NCBI GenBank assembly: GCA_965113315.1 | Contig: OZ220369.1 | DNA: 64,000 nt | From: Podarcis vaucheri | Taxonomy: Eukaryota | Direction: 5' to 3' (one strand) | Notes under the pieces: generated by a model | The model's input: the letters and a program-made list of their open reading frames with translations, nothing else | Databases searched by the model: none | What the model was told of the DNA's origin: nothing | Part shown: positions 45,025 to 56,280 of the stretch, piece by piece | Layout of the letters: every line of letters begins with the position of its first letter | Position numbering within the stretch: position 1 is the stretch's first letter | Position numbers and translations under genes: made by a program

Positions 45025-47812
45025 TATTGTTACTATTTTTCATTTATGAGTCACATCCCATGAAGCATCTCAAAGCTATTTACAATACAAGGACATATAT
45101 AAAGTCAGCATAGGGTTGTGGTTAGACTGTTGGACTAGGACCTGAGAGACCAGGATTCAAATCCCTGCTTGGCCATGCAGCTCACTGGGTCGCCTGAGGC
45201 CAGTGACCATCTCTCACAGGGTTGTCACAGGAATTAACTGAGGAAGGGCAGAACCATGCATGACACCTTGAGCTCCTTGGAGAAAAAGGAGGGATATAAA
45301 TGCAATTAAAAATTAAGCCATACTAATAAGAAATGTTACATATACCCGGTATTTTAAACCGTTTAAAACAATTGCATAGAAACACAATGTAAAAAGCAAA
45401 CAAACCCAACAGTTCAAAACAACAGCATATAATATCCATTCAGAGCCAAGACAGAAAGCAGCTGGGTATCTGGGTATAACCACTGCACAAATAAATCAGA
45501 ATGAAGGCTCAATAAAGAATAGACAGCAGGCTCCTCCATATGAGCTTTTCGTTGCACATTCATGGTGCTCAGTGCTCATGATAGTATTGGATCAGTTCTG
45601 CATGATCCCACATTCAATACTATTTGTGTCTACAATGGTTTCAGAGTAGACATACTGTTTCACCTCCAGTCAGTCTATGTCCCATAACCTCCTGCTGAAA
45701 CCCAGGATGTTTTCATGCCACAGATGTTCCAGGGCATCTTTTGCTCTGCTTCTGGTGTGGCATGCACTCAGCGCGACAGGTGAGTGTTTGGTATCATCAG
45801 TCCATGCCTGGCCTGGCTGGTTTTACCTGTGTGGCCATCCCTGGGCATGGCAATGCCTTAAGAGGAGCAGCAGCAGGGAAGAACGGCACCACACCTGGCT
45901 TGGGCCATCCGTGCAGGACACAGTGATAGGAAAGAGTTGCCCACAGCTGGGAGGCCTTTTCACCCCCCTTGGTGCTCCTATGCACAGCGACCATCATATG
46001 CTAGTGTGCACATTTCGCGGAGCCCCCTCCTGTACCAAGCTGGCTGGCAGGAGGGGTTTACCAGGGAGGCTGCTACCTGTGGATGGAGAGAGTCGCCCAC
46101 CTTCTGGCTCCCTGCAGGGCAAATTGCTTTGGCTGCACAGCTGATTGGCACAGCCTATAATTATTCTCAGGGAGAGAGGAGTGGGCACAGCAGGTGCCGG
46201 AGTGCAGCAAATCAGAGGGAAGGAGGAGGGGAAAGGTGCTGCACAGGTTTGTATATGCCAAGGGAAGAAGGACCAATTTTTGACTGAGCTGACACCAGAT
46301 GCAGAACAAACGGCAGGAGTGGGGGAGGCTCCAGAAATAGTTGGGGGGGGAGTCGAGACAAAGAAGCCCACCGTGCTGGATGGATGGGGAGAGAGAGGCT
46401 TTTGGTAGGTATATGCGTGCGCATGTGCGGAGATGCTGCACATCAGCTAGAGACAGCATGTTTTGAAAGTGTTTTTAATTCCCTGTCCTCAGCCAATGAA
46501 CCAGAAATTCATGCTGGTTCCAGTGGAGTTCGCTCTCTGCAATTAGAACTCATCCAAGGTCAGGTTAGGTAAGCGTTAGCATCCTTGAAACACATCTCAA
46601 TCAGAGTGGGGAAAGGGTGTGCCATTCCCCTTCAGCTTGCAAAGCACAGTTAGGTTCTCTAAACTCACAGGAGGTTCGAACTAACAGCCAGGGGGCTGTA
46701 ACTATTAACAGGCCACAAGGGAGAGGCAGTGACTACAGACAATTATTGTGTTTGGGTGGGATTTAATCACAATACTGGCAAATTCAGGTTCCATAATTGA
46801 TTGGGAGGGCTTATGCAACAAATCTGCTTCCCCAAAATATCATTTTTTTGCAGTAAGTAAAGTGATGGGGAAATGCAATGGAAATGTGGAGTGACACTTG
46901 CTTTGATGCAACATCCCTGGACTCTCATTAAACAGCCAATGCCATCTCATCTCACTGCAATGAAATCAGGATGATTGCCCCAAAAACAGGCAGTCTGAAA
47001 GTGCCCACAAGTGAATTCCTACTGCACAGCTGATCAACTGTTGAAACACAGTGAACCTCATTCACACAAATAAATCGTTCTGCAGAATACCACTGGAGGA
47101 AGCAGTGCATGAGATAGGGTGGAGGGCCACTTGGGGAGTGTGCTGGTTTTGTTCTGATTTTACAGTGGTTGTACTCATGCTGGCTTTTGCGTTTTCCTGT
47201 GTGTGCTGTGTATTGTATGTAATTGGTGTCCAATGGAACCCTTAAGATCTTCCCTTTTGCAACTTTTATGACTGAACCCTGGCTTTCATAAAAGGTCCAC
47301 AGTCTGCAACCTGCCCCCCAAAGATAACCCCTCGGCCAGTGGTGCCGAACCTTTGGCACGAGTGCCAGAGGGGGCACTCAGAGCCTTCTCTGTGGGCAAG
47401 CGAGCCCTTACCCCAGCACAGAGCTGGCAGAAGGTGAGGGCAGTGTGTTGAGTCCTCAGCTCAACTTGTGTCCAAGGAAAAGTGCCTCAGATGGGGCGTC
47501 AGGTATGTGTGTGTGCAAAACGGAGCCACAACCTCCAGGGCACGGGTTTTCTCTTGGGGAGCCTCCGCTGTGGGTGGGGAGGGCTCAGAAGCGTCACCAA
47601 GAGTTCTGAACAGCCGCCTTCCTCCTGCTGCAAGGTTGAGGCTTTACACACCCTCTGGCTGGGGCCAATGGGAGTGGATGGAGTCATAAGTGGACTGGAG
47701 GCTTCCCGCACCCCAGCTGGATCCCACTCCTACTTGTGTGCAAGCAGGAGCAGGGCAGGGATGTCTCAGCTGGGAAGTGCGAAGCCTCCACTTCTGAGAG
47801 ATCCCCTCCTCC

Positions 47813-47981
47813 CAGTGGCGTATCGTGGGTTGTCAGCACCCGGGGCAAGGCAAGTAATTTGCGCCCCCTAACCCGTGGATTTGCGCCCCCTAACCCGTGG
47901 ATTTGCGCCCCCTAACCCTAACCCCCAGATGTTGCGCCCTGTGCGGCCGGCCCCCCCTGCACCCCCCACGCTACGCCACTG
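47813..47981. mobile_element. Second copy (opposite orientation) of the same hAT MITE
   Basis: Same TIRs; perfect 8-bp TSD cctcctcc; one extra 22-bp unit. Confidence 0.9.
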
Positions 47982-48379
47982 CCTCCTCCACTCCTGCTTG
48001 CACGCAAGTAGGAGTGGGATCAGGCACCTCAGCTGAGGAGCGCCTGGCTGCCTTCAGGTGGTGCAGGGGCTCTCAGATGCAGCTTCCGGGCTGCCTCCAC
48101 CTCCCCCAACCTCACCAACTATTCAGCCTGACTGCCTTCACGGGGTTGCAGGGGATCTGATGCGGAGGTGGGGGCTCCTTTAAACTTCTCCCTTGAGGAG
48201 AGTGCAGTCACAGCCCCGATCCAGCTCCTGTTCCTGTGCAAGCAGCAATGCTGCCTAGCAGGGCAGCCCAATCCCACTTCTACTTGCCTGCAAGCAGGAG
48301 CAGGCTGGGGTGGGGTGGGGTGGGGGTGGCGCAACATCCCTTGCCTGCTCGCTTGCCGCCCGGCCCACCTTCCCTCACT

Positions 48380-48544
48380 CTGAAAACGGAAGTGTAGCAC
48401 TCAAAACAGAAGTTATACTCAGAACAGAACATGTTCCGCTTCCGGAAAAAGATCGAAAACTGGGCCACTCATTTCCAGGTTTGAAGTGTTTGGGTTCCAA
48501 GTAGTTCGAGAACTAAGCTGTTCGAAAACCGAGGTTCCACTGTA
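48380..48544. mobile_element. Tigger/pogo-like MITE fragment (right end)
   Basis: Ends in gaggttccactgTA, resembling the Tc1/pogo-type terminus of the 44783-45024 element. Confidence 0.55.
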
Positions 48545-48766
48545 TTGCTCCACTCTCTCTCCACATGGATGCTCCAACTTTCCCTTCTCAACTAAAACCT
48601 CAGTATCCAGGTTAAATTGCCTTGTTGGCACTTTGCGATGAATGAGTGGGTTTTGGGTTGCAGTTTGGGCACTCGGTCTCTAAAAGGTCTGCCATCACTG
48701 TCCTAGCCTCTCTTTCGCAAACCAGAAGTGTTATCTCACGCTTCTCCTCTGTCCATAATGGGATGT

Positions 48767-48783
48767 TGCTGCCCCCTGGTGGC
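48767..48783 (-). promoter_or_regulatory. CTCF motif
   Basis: Minus strand GCCACCAGGGGGCAGCA, near-perfect match to the CCASYAGRKGGCRS core. Confidence 0.6.
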
Positions 48784-51700
48784 TCTCAGTTAGATTTGCC
48801 AAGAAGCAGCAGTCACCAAGTCAAGGATTTTGCAGGCAACCTGTTTCTTGGGCTTTTGTCCTGATTTGCTTGCACAAAGCTTACATGGTGATTAGACTAT
48901 ATCTGGTCTTTATAGAGCATTTGTTCTGATTTGTTTACAGGAGGTTATAAGACAATGAACATTTGTCCTGCATTCATCCTGATTTGTTCGTGGGGTGTTA
49001 TTTGTTTATCTTATTTGTTTATTTTTATTTCATAAAATTTCCACAACGCTTGATTGTAAAAACAAACCAACCTTCGAGTGGCTTTAAAAAGATAAAATAA
49101 TAAAACAGAGGGGGGAAATACAACCATATTTTAAACCGTATAAAAGTTAAAATTCTGAGATTAAAATTTCCTCAGTCTTCTAAGGATCTGGGTAGACTTG
49201 TTTAAATAAGAATGTTTTTAGCAGGGGCCAAAGAGTACAGTGAAGGTGCCTGCTCAGTCTCAATGGGCAGGTGCTGCCTTTAAACATTTAGCAAACCCCA
49301 CATTTTTCAATGCACCATTATCCAAACCTCAAAACATCCGGTCTATTTTAAGTGCATCTGTGAAAAGTTAACTTTCCCAGGAAGAACAGCATCCCCTGCA
49401 GGTCGGCTGATATGGCCTGGTTTGCTCCCTCCCCATTCCCTCCCTCTCCACCCCAGAGTGGCTGCTTTGGATGAAGGTGTCGTATCTGCGTTTGCAAATT
49501 GCTCGGCAACAAAAGAATAATCCTGCCTCCAACAGAGCGCAAAATTATCTGTGAAAGGAAAATAGATTTCCTCTCTGTGGAGGAACCTGTGACCTGCATC
49601 TTCCGAACACAGACAGTTGAGTTGTCAACAAGTGCCGCTCCTGCTGTTGTTGTGTGGTTTTTTAAAAAGAAAACATTTTCCTTGCTTCATCAGCTTCAAA
49701 GAAAGCCTTTCGCTCTGTCGTTTCCAAGATTATAGCAAATTGCTACTGAATGGAGAAAAGGGTCTACAAGATGAGCTTGTCCTTTGATGGGATTGTGCCT
49801 TGCATGATGCTGCTGCCAGCCTAACCCAAAACCCAAAGCCTTCGGCAAGCTGGCTAAAGTGACTGGGAAACAAAAAAGCAGAAAGGACAGGAGCATTTTG
49901 TTGATAACATGGAGAAGCTTGCAGAAAAGCTGCAAATTAAACATTCATCCTGGTTTGGTTTGCAGGGAGAGTGGACAACACTGGCTACTTAATGGGCATT
50001 CACTCTGATGTGGGGGTGTTAGGCTGTGTTGCACCACACTTTCCAGTGCTTTCCCCACCTCTCTGATTTTACCAAAGTAGGAGCCTGCTTTTGTTTTGCA
50101 TATCTCAGAACCACCGGGCAGACTCCCAGCATCAGGGCCAGCCCTACCATTAGGCAGAGTGAGGTGGCTGTTTGAGCAGCAGATGCTAGGTGTTGATTGT
50201 AAGGCTGAGAAGGGTTCCCCATTCTAAGCACTGCAGTTGGTTCACAAACCCATAAAGATAATCAGTTGATTGACACAACCCAAGACAAAGTGGGTTGGTG
50301 AGGCTTATTACAGGGTTGCAGCTGATCACCTCCCTGTGGTGATATTTTGCTCCGTTCCTGGCTTTGCACAGCTGATGATTCAACAGGCCTGCTAATCAGG
50401 ATTTGCCAGCCTCCTGTTGAGCGACCCAATTTAGCCAGAGGCAAAGGAGGCCAGGGGAGGTGCCACAAAGCAGATGCACCCCCTGCAGCAGGGAGCCCAC
50501 CTCATTAGAGACCGCTTAACCCATGCGCCAGGCCTGCAGGCTGGCAAATTAGGCAGCCACAACGCAGAGAGATGGAGGCTCAAAGCCCCAATGAATCATT
50601 CAGCAGTTGCCTGTGGCACACTTGAAAGGGAACATCGCCTGTTCCAGGAGATCAGAGGCCCGGCTTGTAGGAGAAGAGGTCCCTGAGGGGGAGCTGCCCG
50701 CCCCGTCTGGAGCACAGTGCCAAGCATCACTTGCTTTGTGAGATGGGAACTGACAGAAACTTATGTCTAGAACCAGCCTGAAAAGGAATGTGTCCATGCC
50801 AGTTTTTGAAAATTCCCCTCGTGCAAGCAGGGCTCTTTTCCAAGCGGATCTCTTTTTGCTGCTCCACACTTTCTCCTCCCTAAATCTGGAGATTCCCTGC
50901 ACTTTGAAAATTCAAATAGGAGAGCTACATCGATTACATTGGGAATTTGAGATTTAGGGAGGAGAAAGTATGGGACAGAAATCACTGGAGAAAAGCGTGC
51001 ACGGAAGAGGGGGAGCTAAAGGAGGTGCAGGAAGTTCACAATCCACATTAAGCAGAGGTGGGGATGGGCCAAAACATTTATGCCCCCCTCCATTTGTTTT
51101 TGGAATTTTTCTACCCACCCTGCTTTGCATTTCTTACTCATAAAAATAGTGGAGACAAGACAGAATATACTCCTTACGTATTTGCAGATCCTGCCAAAGA
51201 ATTGCAACACACCAACATGCCAATCTCCAGCAGACTTTGCCAACCTGGTACCTTCCAGATGTTCTTGCTGTGCTGGCTGAGGCTGATGGGAGATGCAGGC
51301 CAAAACATCTGGAAGGCACCAGTTTGGTAAAAGCTCATCCACACCAATCAAGCGGTATAGTGACAAGTTTTGAAGTGCAGGACTTCCTCATGACAGCCCC
51401 GGTCACCAGGCCTCCAGAGATCCATATACACAAAATTCTATGCTAATTCACTGAGTAAAATCCATTGAACTCAATCATACCTGCTTTTGACTGTGTAGGT
51501 TCAACTTGTAAAATGCTTTGAGCTTTATCAAAAGATATTCTGCCAGCTGAAATTAATATTTATTATTATTATTAATTAAATTTGTATATTGCCCTTCACC
51601 CAAAGATCCCAGGGCATTTCACAACAGAAAAATACAAAATAAGAATATAAAATACATTTTGCTTTCAGTTAGAACTTTGCAAAAGAGGTGTGAGAATGAA

Positions 51701-53535
51701 GAAACTGCATCAATGGAAAGCAGTATATACCCCCGACTGATTAACTTCCTTATTCCTCTGCACTGATCTGTAAATCAAATTTGAAAGCCCCATAATCTTT
51801 GCCATTCACCTGCAGAGCTAGGCAGGTCTTCCGTTACCCTAGCATTTCGGCAAATGGAGTGCTAAGAAGAGACCTAAATTTGGATCAGACCAAAGGCCCA
51901 TCTAGTCAAACATCCTCTTGTCACAGTGGGCGATCAGATGCCTCGAGGGAGCTCACAAGCAGGACATGAGTTCTGTAGCCCTCTCCCCAGCCACTGGCCT
52001 TCAGAGGTAGGACACAGCCATCATGGCTGGTGGCCACAGATCACCTTATGTCCCATGCGTTTGTCTGAAACCCTGCCCAACAAGCTGCTCCAGAAATATG
52101 TATCTCCCTACTCCTTGAATCCTTACAGGCTCTAAGTGACAGAGCATCTGCCTTACATTCAGAAGGTTCAGTCCTGAGCAACTTCAGGTAGGTGTCTTCC
52201 GTTGCCTGAAACTTTTGAGAGTCCCTGCTGCTACCAGTTAGACAGTGCTGAGCAAAATAACCAAGGCGCTGACTCAATGTAGGGCAGCTTTCTGTATTTC
52301 CTAATGCAACAGTAACTGATAGACATGGGCCTCCATTCTGCAACTACTACTGAGGTCCTACATTTGTGAGGAGTCATCTGTGGTGGTTAAAGAGTTGGAC
52401 TAGGACCTGGGAGGCCAGGGTTCAAACCTCCACTCGGCCATGAAGTTCACTGGGGGACTTTGGCCCAGTCTCTCAGCCTAACCTGCCTCACACGGTTGTT
52501 GCGAGGTTTGAATGAGGACTGGGGGAAACTATGGACACCACTTTGAGCTCCTTGGAGAAAGTGGTGGGGTATAGATGCAACAAATAAAAACAAATTAGGG
52601 CCATGGTTTCTAAGTCTTGAGTCGTGAGCTACTTTCAAACATCTCACCCCCCACTGTGGAGTTCAGCCCCATGTAGAAGCACAAGGGTGATCATCATGAA
52701 ATGAGAATGAGCTGGAGAGAGCAGGTGCGCATTGGCTCACCTACAAAAGGGTTTTCTGACTCCTTTGCTTTTGACATCACTAGGAAAGCACTTTTCCAGC
52801 TTTCAGAGCTTTGCCAGGAAAATAAACTTACTGGTTGAATTAATTTCTGCTTGGCACATGGCTGATAAAGGCACAACAGGGTGTGTGAGAGTGAGAGAAG
52901 GCAACCTTTTTATCATCCTCAGTGACCACAAAGCCAGCCAGGAAAAGCATATGGGTGTGGCGGCCAAGAGAAGAAAGCTAGAGGTCATAAAGAATACTTC
53001 CTTGGACTCCATCTTCCACAACCCTCTTTGACCAGGTTGGCCAACAGGCTAGGATGATGGAGCCACATCTAGGTAGATAAAGGATGGCATGAAAATATCC
53101 TGCTTGTGACGAGTGACCTCATGAGAAAAGAAGCCAATGCTCAGGGCCTTAGCAGCAAAGGAACACAATGAGTAGCCTTGCACCAACTCAGACCGTTGGT
53201 GCATGCAGCCCAGTATCGTCTACACTGACTGGCAGCTGTTTTCCAGGACTTCAGGCAAGCATCTCTCCTAACCGTGCCTGGAAATACTGGTGGCGGTTAA
53301 ACCTGGGACCTTCTACATGCAAGGCACTAAACTACGGTCTTTCGCTCTATTCATGGTGCATCCCTGGAGCTGCCACTATCATGACAGTATGAGATCCCTC
53401 ACTGACACTAAGAGAGCCCACTGTGGAACCAAGCCCTAATACTTTGCTCTGAGCTCCAAGGCTGTCTTTGCTGCCATCTTTCCCATTCACAGCCCAGTCC
53501 TATACATTTCAAAGTCCTCAGCTTGCCTAATTCTA

Positions 53536-53770
53536 AAGTCACACCCACCCCATACATTTAAGCATTCTGATATCACTTTAACTGCTATGGCTTTCCCCCA
53601 AGGAATCCTGGGAGCTGTAGTTTGTTAAGGATGCTGGAAACTGTAGCTCAATGAGGGTTCTCATGACAACTCTCAGCACCCTTAACTACAGTTTCCAGCA
53701 TTCTTTGGGAGAAGGCATGAATGTTAAAGTGGCAGAAGACTGCTTTAAATGTATGGGGTAGATGCAGCCT
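53536..53770. mobile_element. Palindromic Harbinger-like MITE
   Basis: Inverted arms catacattta...taaatgtatg; relatives at ~14520-14667 and ~23279-23467. Confidence 0.6.
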
Positions 53771-54183
53771 GCATCAGATTGTGGTGTTCAGCATCTCAGC
53801 AGGACATGCTTCAGTTGCAGGGATGTTGATGGACTATAATTCCCATCATCTGTGGCTGTTGGCAGGTACAGATTGGAGGGGTTGGCCTGACTTGTTACCT
53901 GGGCATGATTTGGGGGGCTCCACGTGTGAGAGAAGAAGAAGAAGAAAGTGTGAGAAATCCAGCCAGGGCCACAAGGACCTTCAAGCCCCCCAGTCCCAGC
54001 TGTTTAAGGCCTTCTACCCTGAGAACAGAATTCCAGGTGCAAATTGCCTCCTTCATTGCCCCCACCTCCCAGTGCAACCAAAGAAAGCATCCTGATGGTG
54101 ACTTCTCCTCCTGAGGAGGCTATGTGAGGCTCAGCTCCACAGACTTAAGACTCCTGAAAGGCTAGCAGGTGTGCTTATCAACC

Positions 54184-55291
54184 ATGATGATTCCCTGCTA
54201 TATCTTGCTGCTGCTTCTAAAGCTAGCAGGCACCTGGGCTGCTCAAGAGGGAGAATGCAATGAGGCCTGGACTCCTGTGACTAAAGGACCAGAGCAGCTG
54301 GAGTCTAGAAAAGGAAACCTGTTGGTTGTACAAGAGAGAAAAGATGCAAGGAGAGATGGCCATGCCCTGGGAAAACAAATTCCCAACTTGAAGTGGAAGG
54401 AAGAAACCCAAACACTTGAGCCAAGGCCGCCTGAGGATCTTGTAGGGGAGGACCACCAAATTAAAGAAGGTCCCTCCTGGCAGCAGGGCCCTTGCCCCAA
54501 CAATGGAGGCCCTCAGCAGTGGTGCGGCAGCTGGATGGTGAAAACCAGCTTGATCTCTGTTTTGGGGCTGCTGGCCCTGGTGGGCAATGGGACCATCATC
54601 ACAGTCATTGCCTCCTCTGTGTCCGGCTGGAGTCACAGCACTCGCCTGGTGCTGTTGTCCTTGGCTGCGGCCGATACCGCCCTGGCAGTGCTGGTTGTGC
54701 CCCTCAACCTCTACCGTAGCTTGGTGGTGGGGCCGATGGCAGTAGAAGGGGAGGCGTCGTCCTGCCGGGCGGTGGCCTTCATCAACTGCTGCATTTTTGG
54801 GGCTTCCCTCTACTCCTTGGCAGGTGTCTCCCTGGAGCGCTACGTGGCCATTTTCTACCCTCTGCACTATAGGCGCCTGCTGAGCCACAGGAGGGTGGTC
54901 CTCCTCATCACCGCTGCCTGGCTCCTGCCGGCCCTTCTGCTGGTGCCACTGGCCGTGCCGGGCCCAGGAGCCTTGCTCCAAGTTCGCTTCTCGGCCTCAG
55001 CCCTGCTGTGTGAGCCAGACTACGGCTCAAACACCATCTACTCCCTCTTCATAGCAGGCACCATTTTCTGCCCTGCTGCTGGGACCATCACTTTTGCCAA
55101 CCTGTGTCTGTGGCGGGCAGCCCGCTCCCAGTGCCAGCGTGGGAAAGGTGGCAGGGCCCTTCCAGCGAAAGAGGCAGGGCTGAAGATGCGCTGTGTGCTG
55201 CCGTTGGACGCTGCAGCCCGCATCCTCCTGCCTGTCGTCATCGCCTTCTATGTCTGCTGGGTGCCCTGCATCGTCACCATGCTGTACAATG
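54184..55291 (+). CDS. Orphan class A (rhodopsin-like) GPCR, GPR21/GPR52-related; coding exon 1 (signal peptide, ectodomain, TM1-TM6)
   Basis: accATG start; TM1 GN, TM2 SLAAAD, C3.25, TM3 SLERYVAI, ICL2 YPLHY, TM4 W, ECL2 C, TM5 FCPAA, TM6 FYVCWVP; ends AAT G|gtgagt (phase 1). Confidence 0.9.
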
Positions 55292-56210
55292 GTGAGTGTA
55301 CAGAGAGGGGGTGGTTGCTGTTCTGGGGATCCAAAGCAAACCCAAAGCAAGAGGGGCAGGGGTGGGGGCTGGCTAGCAATTCATATGCGCCTGGATACAC
55401 TTTGATATAATTACTACCAGCAGGCTCTTGCCAGACGCTGAAACAAAAAAAAACAAAAAAGATGCTGCAGTTTTGAAATCTGGGGTCCAAATCAGTGCAG
55501 TATTGAAAGGTTCGGTCTGCTATCTTGAAACAAAATGGTATCTAATTACATCCAAACATAGATGAAAACTTGCTCCTTGAGCTCTGGAACCAGCATGCAA
55601 AATTTGGATATGATATCCTAAGAGGTGCTCAGACGCATAGCAATCAGACAAACAAGTTTCCAAAATATATGGTACAAAATAATGGAAATGCAATACATCT
55701 CACAACGCATGGGGAGATTATGACCAGGATCTCAGTAAGCAACACCTGGAGAACAAACTGTTGATGGCCAATTTCAAAGGCTGATCTGCTCTCCCCTTCT
55801 CAAGGGTTTTTTAATCTTTAAATTTGACATGGACCGGTCCCAAAAGAGGACTGTCCTCTGACAGCAGTTCAAACAAAGAAACTTCCTCTGCAAAGTAGGG
55901 CCATGGGCACTCTTATTGCTGCCTGAGGCTCTCCCCACCTCCATGTACTATATGCTGTATTGGTTAAGTCTGCAGCAATTTGTACTTCATTGATTGAAAA
56001 GCCAAAGTGATTCAACAGAGAGAATGCAAGCATAATTGTTCTAAATAGGTTATCTGCAGTTTGAAAAACACTTCAGCAGCTGCAACGTCTGATTTGCTGT
56101 TCCCCATCCTGCAAAGAAACATAAAGAACTAAAAGTCTGTCTGGATGCAACAACAGAAAACATGTCCCCAAACTATGGGAGATTGTCTGTGTTGCAATTA
56201 GGACACAGTC

Positions 56211-56280
56211 GTTGTTGTTGTTTAATCGTTTAGTTGTGTCTGACTCTTCGTGACCCCATGGACCAGAGCACGCCAGACAC
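56211..56280 (-). mobile_element. BovB (RTE) LINE 3' tail fragment
   Basis: (GTT)n tail + gactcttcgtgaccccatggaccagagcacgcca; forward relative at ~42240-42303. Confidence 0.7.

Larger units (their letters stand above)
47337..48700. mobile_element. Non-autonomous hAT element hosting nested insertions
   Basis: Imperfect TIRs cagtggtgccgaaccttt / aaaggtctgccatcactg; degenerate 8-bp flanks (5/8 match). Confidence 0.6.

Noticed and set aside
47855-47925. CRISPR-like array or true telomere
   Set aside because: Eukaryotic DNA; identical tandem units without spacers inside a TIR/TSD-bounded MITE.
54169-54183. GTG start used by the ORF track
   Set aside because: The in-frame accATG at 54184 has good Kozak context and begins the signal peptide.
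54223-54981. 252-aa antisense ORF
   Set aside because: Shadow of the GC-rich GPCR coding strand; no recognisable motifs.
55292-55410. C-terminal part of the 413-aa ORF in the track
   Set aside because: Intron read-through past a consensus G|gtgagt donor; the real TM7 is at 58213-58469.
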